NCBI GenBank assembly: GCA_905178155.1
Contig: CAJINV010000006.1
Span: forward strand, 4,513,175 to 4,577,174
Reading direction: 5' to 3'
DNA: 64,000 nucleotides
Source of the DNA: Amoebophrya sp. A120
Taxonomy: Eukaryota > Protista > Dinoflagellata
Position numbers and translations under genes: made by a program. Shown here in pieces: positions 1-11,499 of the stretch. Each line of letters begins with the position of its first letter. Position 1 is the stretch's first letter. The notes beneath the pieces are model-generated. The model was not told where the DNA came from. It did no database searches and saw only the letters and a program-made list of their open reading frames with translations.

Positions 1-454
1 GTTTTCGTGCCGCGTGCATTGCTTTTTCATACAATGTCGGTCTGTCGTGATAGGATTTTATCCCTCGGCAGTTGTCTCGTACGAATCCGAAGAGGACTGC
101 TCCACGGACCCCCGTATTTGGTCCTGCTCCAGTAAGCCAAAACAGGAGGCGTAAGAACTACACCACGTCAGACGCTGACCGTGATTCAAGATAAAGGCGA
201 CGCGTCGCAACTCCTTCTTCCGATGGGCTGCTTTATTTTCAAAAAGGAAAACAATTTTAACAGCAACACGCCTGATCGGTTCCCCCCAAGAACCGGTGTT
301 GTTTTGGTAATTTTCTCCCCTAAAAAACGAAGTCAACCTTCAATGTTTTTTCCTCATTTTTACAGTATGAATTTGTGAAGCATCAACTTTTTTTGTCAAG
401 AATCTGCGTTCTCGCCCTGAAATTTTGTTTTCGAATTGCAACTTCTAAATTTAC

Positions 455-2330
455 CAAATCGACAAGGAAGCTGAGGAGCCTGAAGAAGCTCGATCTAAGT
501 ATATGGACATTTGCACAACATCGACATCCAACAGTACCAGCTCAAGAACCCATTTAGGAGGACAGGCAGCAGCCCCAACATCATCACTCCCTGTAGTACC
601 ACCAGCGCGAGGACCTCGAAGATGATGAAAACTGGCCCGATGAAGGTTTTCTGCTGGTGGGTGGCCTTGTATGGAAGCATCAGGATCGACATCGACAAAG
701 GTGAAATAAGTACTTAGTTTGGGATGCATAAAATGCGACGCAAAAATTGCCTCTATTGCAGAGGACAGAAGGGATGCGGATTGTAAGCCTGTTGAGGGGT
801 AGAAATTGAGCCGCTAAAAAAAGTAGCATGACAAAATGCGTCTTCCTTACCCAAACAGCGCTGCAAACTGGATTTTAGGTCTGCCCAAATTTGTCATGCG
901 CCACGTGAAAACTAGGCAACAACTGGTATCCGTTTTATGCATCACAAATTATTTCAAATTCAACCCTGACGATTTCGATCCTGACACTTCCATACAATGA
1001 GCTGGGCAGGTCCCGTCTGCTTATCCTGTGCAAAAGTATCGTGCTCGTAGTAATTGCAAACATGCATTACAAATTTTGCTCTTAAGGTAAATCCGCATTA
1101 CAAATTTTCTTTCTCATGCTGAGGAAATTTGTAATTCATTTATACGAGGAGTACGATACTTTTGCAATGCATACTGCTTTTCGGGGAGCAACCAGATGAA
1201 CCTGGTCTCGTCCTTATCAAATGCAAATATGTCTGGGTCTGGAAACTTGTAATGCTGCGTCGGGAATAGTGGATGCTCTGTAATGCACAGCCAAGCATGA
1301 GAAATATCTGCGCTCCTTTGTGCTGCGTTTTTCGCATGACAAGCTGCGTTTTTGCATGAAAGGAAAAAGGGTCTCTTCTTGAACACGCATCACAAACTTT
1401 TGGGTCATGCCAGACAAGCATGACAAATCTCGGAAACGGAATCTTCCAGACCCAGACATTTTTGCATTTGATAGTTCTCGACAGGCAACAACATGTACGA
1501 CACTGCACAACTCGACGCCCTTCCCCTTTATCGTATAGCATGAACGGCAATAGTACAACCATCAGCAACGTTGCCGGTTTTGCATGACAAATTTGCAGTG
1601 CAGTGTGCCGCTAGTTGGGGTCGTGCCAGAACTTGTCATGCAAACAGTGCCACGAGGCAAAAAAAGGGTGGAATGTGGATTGGGTACTGTTTTGCATGAC
1701 AAATGAGGGGCAGGGGGGGTTGTGCACTGTCATATTAACATGCCGCTTTTATTCGTCGAGGCGGTGCGCAAGAAAGCGAGTCCTTCGCTTGTTGACCAAA
1801 TGCATGGCTTTCGTCGCTTCTCGGGTAGGGGCACCAGCGCTTTGGACTTTGACAAGTGGTCGCAGATGACGACGCAGGAGCTGCCGGAAGAAGAACGTAT
1901 CAACTGCAAAGGATTTGTTGACTTCGGTCGTGTGGTATCAAACGGAAAAATCCCCCCTCCCCATATCGAAAAGATATGTCTCCGAAAATTTGTGTTGCTG
2001 ATTTGTGAAGACCACAAATCGGGTCTGCCTTGCAAGAAGGCCCACTCAGGCTGTCCGCCACGTTATGGAGGCGAGTTGTAATGCTGTAAGGCATACAGGG
2101 TAGCCGGCTACCATGCTAGGCGCCTACACCAAAAGGCCCCCGCCTAGGCTCAGGATCTGCGTGCATTCCTCTACTGCAGCACAAGTGTGCTTTTTTGTGT
2201 ATCCAAATCCAGCATCAGCACTTTCGTTTTGATATGGGGAGGGGGGATTTTTCCCTTTGATATGTGGTCCTCTGGAATTTTTAAAATACCGGAACCGGGA
2301 TTGCACGACGGCTTGCCTCCGTGTATTAAG
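455..2330 (+). CDS. Introner-interrupted coding fragment of unknown function, paralogous to the 5' part of the gene at 11500-21317; boundaries uncertain
   Basis: atgccgcttttattcgtcgaggcggtgcgcaagaaa (1740) resembles atgccgctttttgtggaagcggtcagcaagaaa (~12914). Five TIR elements interrupt the region. Confidence 0.4.
670..994. mobile_element. Introner, family I
   Basis: TIR tatggaagcatcaggatcga...tcgatcctgacacttccata; degenerate TSD CCTTG/CAATG. Confidence 0.7.
1022..1173. mobile_element. Introner, family A
   Basis: tat..tgcaaaagtatcgt...acgatacttttgca..ata; TSD CTGCT. Confidence 0.85.
1215..1473. mobile_element. Introner, family B
   Basis: tatcaaatgcaaatatgtctgggtctggaa...ttccagacccagacatttttgcatttgata; TSD GTCCT/GTTCT. 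Confidence 0.88.
1496..1734. mobile_element. Introner, family F (degenerate left end)
   Basis: tacgacactgcacaac...gttgtgcactgtcata; ACATG on both sides, offset by 3 nt on the right. Confidence 0.65.
1936..2262. mobile_element. Introner, family C
   Basis: tatcaaacggaaaaatcccccctccccatatc...gatatggggaggggggatttttccctttgata; TSD TGTGG. Confidence 0.88.
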
Positions 2331-2744
2331 ATCTGTATGATTTTTGCATGACACGTGAGAACGCGACCGCGTTTGTCATGCAGAAACTACGCAGGTAGAG
2401 TTGCAGTTTCAGTGGAAGCGCACGCTGCGAGTGGGAATAGTAAAAAGCGTCAAGAAGTTGCTGCACAGAGAGCTCTAGTGCGTCTGCGTCTGGTGTTGAA
2501 GATGGACATGTTTGTATAAAATATGTAGGTTTATGTCGCTGTAGAGTTGTTGAAAATGCTGATTAAGATTAAGAGCAGTGTCGTGTTTGGTCGTGCTGCC
2601 CGTCAAGAAGTACTTAAGTATGATCGGGTCGTCGTCCCGTTTATTCACAATCCTCGTCGGGCCAAGAACTCCGTCCAGAGGACCGAAAGATCACTTCTTT
2701 TGTTATTTTGCAGTTGATACTATGTGAAACTGAAAGCGGAGAAG

Positions 2745-3129
2745 TATGGAAGTGTCAGGTTATTTGAAATCGATTATAAAGTTGAAGAGATTTATTTGTG
2801 ATGCACAAAATCGACACCGGAATCGGTTGGACTTCAAATTTCTAACCATACGCGGCGCGTTACAAATTTTGGAAACACCTCCCAAATCCAACCTGTCATT
2901 GACTGTTTGGGGCAAAGAATACTGCTTAATATTTTGTCACGCTCCGTCGCAGCTTTGACCCCCAACATCACCCCATCAAACAGGCGTAGGACAATTATCG
3001 GCCTTCTCACTTGATGCCATCCCTGCATGGCGGGCAGTCTGTGTCTGGCATCTTCTCATGTACCGCAAATTACTTATTTATAACTACTACACTTACGCCC
3101 CTGCCAATTTCGAGCCTGGCGCTTCCATA
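2745..3129. mobile_element. Introner, family I
   Basis: tatggaagtgtcagg...cctggcgcttccata; TSD unclear. Confidence 0.6.
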
Positions 3130-5348
3130 TTACGAAGCTCGAGGGGAAAGCGAGAATCAGCCGCCCGCATCGTGGTCAGGCTGGTTGCAGAAGCAGACTT
3201 TCGGACCGCTCGAATTGTCTCTGGCAGGACTTGTAGCAACCGAATTCGCCCTCGGGGCCTGGGCGAACGAGCTCGGAGCTTTCGACGACTTCAAAACTCG
3301 TGCGGCCGCGAGTTATGTCCCGCTTACGGTGTTTTTGCAATCGGATCTGTGTGAGCATATAGTTGTATATGCAGGCGGCAAAACAACATAGTACAACAAC
3401 TTCGTTGCCGCGCAAACGAAACACGATTTGGATCTGGGTCCTCTAGCCCATCCTCATCTTCAAAAAACATGGAAGAACACGTCGCGGCTGTGGAAACCAC
3501 AGCTCTGTCTGCTCAAGGTGGAACCACCAACATCTCTTCAAGAAATGTTCGTTTCCTGTGCTTCGGAGGTGTGAGCAAATAGTTCCATCTATGATCATGG
3601 ATGATGATGCATGCATCAAGAGACGCGGCTGCCCAGCAGATTAAGATGTCGTTGTAACAGTTGAGATTGTAAAAGCACCTGAGCGAGCTATAGAGTCTGG
3701 AATTCCATGCCGTTTTGGAAGAAAGTGAAAAACGAAGAGACTTTCAAGTCGATGCTCGAAAACATGACCACGGTTGCGGAGGAGACATTGGACGACGTGA
3801 CCAACCTGCCTGTTCCGCAAGCCGGGAAGCCTTTCACGGGAAACCAAGATGCGGACAAAATGGGGGAACTCGCAGCAAAGATGGCGGATTTGCAAGCGCA
3901 GGCGAAGAAGGTCGCGGACTTTTTCGACTGGAATCCTTGCTCCGGACCTGATGCTGCCACCTGTGCGAAAGATGAGTGGTTTGAAAAAACTGAAGCCGGC
4001 GCTGCTCCGCACCAGGCCCTTGTGAAGAACGCTGAGTTGCTGAACGCCGGCCTCAAGATTCTGTGAGAGGGGCTGGGTCTCGTGACCCTGGAACAACAAG
4101 GAGATACTACTACGTCGGTGGAGCCGGAGACCATGAACGCTCAAAAACTGCAGGAATTCTGGAACTTCGAGGACCGCCAACTGGAGTCTGACCTCCGGGA
4201 TGTGATCGCGATTTTGAAACACTTTCCGGGGGTTCTGCGGAAGTCGAAGACCGACGAAGACGTGGCGAGCATGCCGCGTGTAAATCTCAGCTTGGGGGAA
4301 GTCGGTATTTTGCAACTTAGTATCCGGCGATCTCTGGAGGATTTCGAAAAAATGTGGAGGAAGGTGGTTGACGATTTGCGTACAATCAAGAACTCTGGCA
4401 AACAGGAGGTATGATCCAGGAAAAGATTTAAACTGTGCTAGTGCAGATTTGTTGTGTAGAAGTCCTCGTGAAGAAGATGTTGACGAGCATGCTCACCAAG
4501 ACGTTTTTTCTTCGCGTTCGCATGAGGAAGGCGAAGGCACCCACTTCGGTAGTGAGTGAGTCAGCGACATAAAATTATACCCTCGAAGAAGCATGATGAA
4601 GGCGCAAAGAGTATTTTTAAAACCTGCAATGATGTGAAGACTTGTACGTAAGTAGCTGCCACATCTCCTCGGTATGTTGAGAAAAAACTAACATGGCGAG
4701 GACGTATGTGACGCAGACGCACACTTATCGAAGAGTGCGTCATGTACTAGGTATAAATAAACGTTGTGTGTCATCTTCTTGCAGCATCGTCTGTGACTGC
4801 AACTACAGAAACCTGCACTGGGCCAGTTTTTGTCGTGCATAAGTGCGGCTAGTGGCATATCACATGTAAAAACGTAGTACCCAGCATCCCCCATCAATAG
4901 TCAACATGCCACTCTTGCTAATACACAAGTCCAGAATTATTTGTGGCTGTTGTGCACCATGGCATTGGCAACTGGAACTTTGAGATTTACTATATAGTCT
5001 CGCTGTGGCTTCTTGCCAATATGCAGTCGTCTTGATCAATAACAAGTGCAGCAGGAAGACCGATTTCATTTCCCAGAGAGCATTCGATGAAAATGGCTCT
5101 CCTGTGGCTTCGCATATGATCAAACGCATATTATTTTGAAGGGCATGCAGATTGATTATTTCCTTCACAGAGATGGAGTCGCGGGCTGGTCGTTTTTACT
5201 TTATGATAAGGTAGCAGACGCTGAGGTCCTCTACACGGGCCTGCAAGGCATGCACATGATTGTCGATGAATACCCGGAGTTGTGGGACAACCCGGATGAT
5301 GTCACGCGGAACAAGTTGGAAGCGTTAGAAAAACTGCGCAGAGAACTA

Positions 5349-6218
5349 GGGGAGAAAAGTTTTGCCATCTCTACAAAAAGTTGACCCCCCCAGAACACGC
5401 GAAAAGAAGAAGTCGCGTCTTTGGGGCTTTGAGCTTTTTCTTTTTGTTTTTTCAGGCAGTCGGCGGCGTCGCGCAGCCACCCCCAATCGCCTGGGTCCGC
5501 CTGGGCCGCCGTGGTTTGCGGCTGCTTCGGTTGTCGGGGCTTCTTGGAGTCTTGCTTCACATGTGCCGGCCGTGCAAGGCGAGGGGGCCCCCGCTGTGAG
5601 CGCGCAGCCCTTAGCAAGGCTTTAGAATTTCTGCTAATCGCCGCTGTCGGTGGCGCTTGCGGGTTCCCGCGGCGAGAGTGTTCGAAACAATAAGAAAGCG
5701 CCCGCAGATTTCGCCCTGCCCGACCCCCGAAGGGGGTGGGCTAGGGCGGTCGGTTTTGGGGGTGCTTCAAATCGCCGGATCCTATAGGGGAGAAGGGGGT
5801 CGCTTTTGGGGCTCGTTTTTGGGGGTGGCTTCTGGGGCTCTCGTTGTTGGCAAGTGCGGCCTCCTAGGTCTGACGCTTCCCGCCAGACCGATCGGGCCAC
5901 AACGTGACTGGACTAACTTGATGCGCCCGCCGCGCTGCGTCGGTCCTGGGATCATTGGGCCGATTGCCTGACCGCCTTCGGCACCTGGGGAACACGGGGG
6001 GGCGAGCACCCGGCGGCGCCGCTCGCTCCTGCCCAATGGCTTCCGGCGGAAGTTCCTATTGATGTGAAACGCAACAGCCGCAAGCCAAATTTGCAGGAGC
6101 TGCGGAGCCCGCAAGCGGTCTGTCAAATAGGGCGAGACCCCCAAAAACAACTTTTTTTTTTCGCGGGCGTGTTCTGGGGGGGTCAACTTTTTGTAGAGAT
6201 GGCAAAATTTTTCTGCCC
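5349..6218. mobile_element. MITE-like element with ~52-bp TIRs, GGG...CCC ends and TA flanks
   Basis: 5349-5400 (ggggagaaaagttttgccatctctacaaaaagttgaccc...agaacacgc) is the near-perfect reverse complement of 6167-6218. TA on both sides; GC-rich interior. Confidence 0.85.
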
Positions 6219-6367
6219 TAAAAGAAACCAACATATGTGATTCCAAACTGCAACCACATTCTGACCGATCCTTCCTGGAATCCTCAATCCACTGTGACTT
6301 GAACTCGCTGGAAGACCGCCTTGGTGAAGCCTTCGTAGCTCTCGGGGATTCGTACCATCCTTTTCAA

Positions 6368-6699
6368 TATCCAGTGCAGCAAAAGCAAATGTGTTTGGGT
6401 CTGGAAAGTGAGTTGTGATGCATGTCAGTGAATAAGAATAGCCACACTTCTGAAAAATGTAGCGCCAACCATCACTTTTAGTTTCTTTTCGTGGCTCCTT
6501 TGTCGTGGAGTTGTGTATTTCGTATGAAAATATATAAACTGCGTTGTTGCATGACAGACTAGAGGAGCTTGTTTTCGTGCTGGCCACGCGAAAATACAGA
6601 GCACCTCCGTGCAGGCAACATGCGTCGAGACTAGCATGAAAAATTTCGCAACTACCTGCTTTCAGTCCCAGAGTAGATAAGTGATATTTGCAATGCATA
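6368..6699. mobile_element. Introner, degenerate family B
   Basis: tatccagtgca..tgtttgggtctggaaag...atatttgcaatgcata; TSD TTCAA. Confidence 0.75.
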
Positions 6700-7348
6700 T
6701 TCAACTTCCAGCGTTTGATGACAATTACGATCCGTCCGCTCCCGCACGACCCGTTTCGGGTACTAGTGCTTTTGCGGACGATCGTGGAGCTGCAAAAACC
6801 GCATCGGGGGAAGCAGGTGCAGCAGCAGCAAGTCCTCTTCCTCTGAGTGCGACTGCGACACTACTGCCAGCAGCGGCCAGCACCGCAGGAGCTGGAGCTC
6901 TTGCCGCTGCACCACCGGCAGGGCGTCCAGGTCGTGCTGTTCCGGAAACGAAAGCAGCTGGTGACACGCAAGCCATGGGGGATGACGCGAAGAAACCAAC
7001 AGCTGCCCCTTTTTATCCAGCAGTGCAAATTTGTTGATGTCTGTACCTGTTGCAAGGAGATGGAGCGTGCGCTTGCTTGTTTTAGTTTTACTCGTTGTAG
7101 CTTTGGATCATGATCTTCACACGATCGACCCATGTTGAGTCCACCCCGGAAGGCACATCACAAAAGTAATCTGATATAGCATCTTTACAGGAGGTCTGGT
7201 TTGTTGATGTTGTGTGACCCAAAGAAGTTACTGGCCGTGCCGGTGGAACTAATAATTGCACCAGAACCGCAGATCATTGATGTTTGCAATGCATACCCCT
7301 GCAGCTGCATCTCCCGGGGCCCCTGCAGCAGGTCCACTCACGACCGGG

Positions 7349-7626
7349 GGCGACCGTCGACCGCCGGGCGGGGCTCACGTCGCCCCACCACGAGCTTCCC
7401 CAGGAGAAGCTGCTTCAGCAGGAAGTCGAAGTTCTACACCAGCCACGGTCGCAGCAGGCACGTCCGCAATGTCCGCGGCACCACAAGGCGACCGTCGACC
7501 GCCGGGCGGGGCTCACGTCGCCCCACCACGAGCTTCCCCAGGAGAAGCTGCTTCAGCAGGAAGTCGAAGTTCTACACCAGCCACGGTCGCAGCAGGCACG
7601 TCCGCAATGTCCGCGGCACCACAAGG
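7349..7626 (+). repeat. Perfect 138-bp tandem duplication (46 codons) in an Ala/Pro-rich exon
   Basis: ggcgaccgtcgaccgccggg...gcaccacaa occurs at 7349 and 7487. Confidence 0.95.
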
Positions 7627-7949
7627 TCGTGGACTTCTTGTACCACCCGCACCATCTACAACTGCAGCGCCATCTAGTACTCCAACTACACCAGCCACGC
7701 CAGCGCCTGCCGTCGGGCGGGCTGCAGCCGCGCCAGGACAACTTCGAGGTGCTGGTGCACCAGCAACAACGGCAGTCGCGATGATGTTGACCCCAGCAGC
7801 CGCGGCTCCCGGGGCGAAGTTCCAGATGTCGCCGGCGGCTTCCAGCCCTTCCACCGTAGTTCCTGGTGCCGCGACCACAGGAGCTGCTTCCACGACGACC
7901 AAACAAGCCCCCGCACCAGGACAACATCAAGTTGTTTCCACACCAGAAC

Positions 7950-8091
7950 TATGAACTGCAAGAGTATCGTACTATGTATAAATGCAAGTCTTGCACTTTT
8001 ACAAATATTTTTCTTAATGTAAAATTTCTCATGCTGAGAATGAAAATTTGTAATGCATTTATACGATAATGCGATACTTTTGCAGTTCATA
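7950..8091. mobile_element. Introner, family A
   Basis: tatgaactgcaagagtatcg...cgatacttttgcagttcata; TSD AGAAC. Confidence 0.85.
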
Positions 8092-10052
8092 AGAACAAGG
8101 ACCTCCTGCGGCTGCGCCTGCTGGTGCAGCTGCAGGAGTATCTTCGACAATGCCTCCAGCAGCTGGCGCTCCTGGAGGCGGTGGCGCCGGTGCAGCACAA
8201 CAACCGCAGCAAGCAGCTGACGTGCGGGTTCTCCACCAGATGACGTGCCCCCGCCTGAAAAAGCTGCTTCCGGCGGCGACGGGTCATGCGCGGACTGCCT
8301 GATGGAAGATGCATAAAATCGTGTTTGGTCGTGCTGCCCGTCAAGAAGTATTAAACTGGTGTTCACGGGGCGGGGGTGGGCTCCTTTTCAGCGTTAATGC
8401 TTCGACCACAATCAGACTTCCACACTTTCAACGAAGAAAATGCACTTCACATTGTTCCCTGACGTTTACATATTTGTCGCAGATAATGAAAATAAAGATT
8501 TGCTTCGAGTTTTTTTTTGTTTAAGAATCCCGCGCGGAGCCCGCGCGTGCAAACACGCACTATAGATAGATAGATAGAATCAGTATAGCTGAAGCTGATT
8601 CCAAATATTCCTGTTTCTCATGCAAAAAAGCAATTTGCATGCTTTCCAATTATTCCAAAATTGAAGTTTAAGTAGAGTCAATCAGTATGTTGTAAACGTT
8701 CTGGCCAACAGCAACATGAACATGATGAATTAGAATTACTATGCTTGTATAATTAAATAAAGACTGCTGACAAGCACTTACAAGTTTCCAATCTGATATT
8801 ATAATAAACTCCGATGCTGTATTGAGTTTTCTCGTAGAAGATACATTTCATCCGTTGCCACGGGATGAACACGAAGGGATTGAAGGTTGGACGCGACTAG
8901 CACGGCGACATCAATGGAATTCGTTTCTTTCATGAGGAGGATACCTATGGAAAACAAAGACGGAATGAAATTGAAAATGAAAAAAAACTACAATCGTGCT
9001 CTCGCTCTGTTGTCCGAACTACTACAATTATAACATAATTTCAATTTGAGCAGCCTAATGCAACTGACTGGTTTGTTGCACCCCAAGTATATCAATCGTG
9101 ATGTTATTGTAGGCCTACTAGTACTCGCGATCAGCTCGATCGAATTCTCTTGGTTGATATTCTCGAATTATTTCGCGGTATCCTACTGGTCGCCGATGAT
9201 GAAGATTTGTCTTACATGCCGCGTGCGCTCGGTTTATTGTCGTCAACGAGGTACTAGAAGAACGTCAGTCGGTTCTCGGAAACGACCAAAAAATGCCTGC
9301 ACTCTGTCGGTCTTCGTCGTCAGCTTTCTTCGGACCACACCCTTTGAGGTGCGACGACGTAAGACTACTTGGCGCGGAAGAAAACCGTAAGTAATTTACA
9401 ATTTGTTTTTGTTACATCTCTTTTATTTTAATTTTGCACGACGTCTCAGTGTCAGTACTCTAAGTCTAATCAGTATGTAGAAGCTTGGGCTTCTCTATCT
9501 TCGGTTGACGACTGCACGCGCACCTTCCGTCTCGCGAGCGTCTGGCGACTGCGATTGTTTCAAGGGCCACTTTTAATGGTGAACCATACAACTCGTTCGG
9601 TATAGTTGCATAGCTACTTCTTTTTACCACGTTGTAGATTCAAGTACGTAGTGAAACTCTGGCTACATCGCTCTGTTCAAATCGTCGGTGTTTTAGTTGT
9701 TTTCCCCTTTTCATCTCGATCGGTGCACGAACTCGTCCTCTTAACACGAAGGAAAGCTTCATGATTGATGTGTTGATGTTGCCATTTTCTCGGTGTGGTA
9801 CTTTTTCTGGTCGTCAAGATTTTTTCCTCGGTTCATATTATATTTCAACGACTGTGTCGTGTCGCTGGTGTTACCGCGAGAGGATTTGTTCTTCGGTAGT
9901 AGCAACAGACGGAGACAGCGCCCACGTCCTGGATCTGCGCCTGAGCAGTTGGCGTCGTGGTAAGAAAATGAAAAACATAAAAGAACTCGTCAAACACCCG
10001 CGGTGATTCAAACCTGCGCGCCGTCGCAACTATACCTCTTCCAACGTTCTGC

Positions 10053-11075
10053 TTTTGTACTTCCATGAACTGACAGCAACGCCTGCGATTGATCTTTATT
10101 TATGGTCAAAACGGTGGTAGCAATAATACATTTGCAGGACTTGCTGGGGACTTGCAAAAAACTTGCGCAAGTCTAGCAATTTGCCCCATCCCGAAACGGC
10201 GAAAACACTTGCGCAGCGCCCCCTTCTCCGCCAATTGCAATGTCCTGGAAAAACTTGCGCGAACGACAGCGCGCGCGCAGCAAATTTCTGTGGAAAACGC
10301 TTGCGGCGACGGAGGACTGTGGCAATTTGAGAACTCCAAAAAAACTTGTGACTGCGCGCATTTTCGTGCGGTTCTTTCTTTTCGAAAACGCTTGCTGGGC
10401 TGCGTCGTTCACTGCGACTCAGCCCTCCGGAAAACACTGCCGGCCCTACCGCAGTCGGCGCTTTTTTGGCGCCTCGCTGACACGGTTTCTTGGCTTTGGC
10501 AGGGCCGTCAGTTCTCCGTTGTTTCGCCCATTTCGGAACCGCCTCCGTTTGCAAGGGCGCGCGTAGGCGTGGATGTGTCCCGATTCCTCGCGCGCTGGTA
10601 TGGTCGCCACAGGCTCTCCTCTCTGGCCCTTGCTTATTCTTCTTTCGACAGACCGACGAAGCTTTTGGCTTCAGCTACCACATGTCTCTTCGCAAATGCC
10701 CCGCCATCTGATAGGGAGAGCCCTTTGCCTGTGCCTGGGTTTGACTTCGGGGTCAGCTGTGCAATGGGAAAGCCCTCCGAGGGACAGGCGGCGAGCATGT
10801 GTCCCGAAGCTGCGCAGGATGTTGTCGCGGAGGCCTCTTCGCCCTGTATGAGTCATAGCGTGTTGCCTAATCAATATCATTCCATCCCGACGGCAGAGTG
10901 CGAGCCGCACCGGCCAAGTTGGCCCGCCAACGCTTGCCGCGCGAGATGAAGAATTTCGGTGGCGCCGGGGCTTCCGGCAGGCGAGAGCCCGCCGACCTCG
11001 CAGCCACTGCGCCGTCCTGTTTATGTTTTTGCACTTCCATGAACCGACAGCAACGCCCATGATTGATCTTTATTT
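10053..11075. mobile_element. 925-bp GC-rich insert flanked by a 49-bp imperfect direct repeat
   Basis: 10053-10101 and 11027-11075 match at 44/49 nt; composition changes abruptly between them. Confidence 0.65.
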
Positions 11076-11499
11076 CTCTCCCCCACCGGTGTTGTCTTGG
11101 TTAATTATTTGCTTCTCTTTCCCCCTTCAAGTTCAACTTTCATTCCTATTTTCAACGACCGTTGTAGAAGCCCTATCATTTCTATTCAAAATACGAGTAT
11201 ACTGAAACTATTAAAAAGAAAAACGACTCATAAAAATCTGGACGAAGAACACACTGAAACTTTGTCAACTACAGTCCCATCGCATTGAATAAATTTTGTT
11301 TCCGAAGAAGTACTTCTACACCCTTGCTTTGTCATCAAATTGAAGAAGGAGCGCGACCGCGTTGCTCTTTACTTGCACAACTAAGTCATTGAAGTTTTCC
11401 GTCAAAAAAACTTGGTGGAAGCGCAACTACGTGGTCTCTGCTCTCCCTGAAAGGCGAAGAACGTGATCTGCTGCCTCCTGCTGGAGAATTATTGCATCT

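Larger units (their letters stand above)
3130..8354 (+). pseudogene. Probable pseudogene or degenerate paralog of the gene at 11500-21317 (unknown protein, Ala/Pro/Thr-rich C-terminus)
   Basis: Shared peptides with the paralog: ESDLRDVIAILKHFPGVLR vs ESDLENVVAILKNFPEVLR, FFDW vs FFNW, YDPSAPA in both. In-frame TGA at 4064-4066 and a MITE insertion at 5349-6218. Confidence 0.5.

Noticed and set aside
1215-1473. TA target duplication (Tc1/mariner-type MITEs) for the TAT...ATA elements
   Set aside because: Leaving one TA does not restore frames. Removing the whole TAT..ATA unit plus one 5-bp flank does, and empty sites show a single 5-mer with no TA.
1735-3137. Extra tta between the element end and the apparent TSD at 1735 and 3130
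   Set aside because: Only two cases, both in a degenerate region; cannot be separated from chance.
10089-10949. 286-aa ORF as a transposase or real gene
   Set aside because: No recognisable motif, non-ATG start, and it lies in a GC-rich insert where long ORFs arise by chance.
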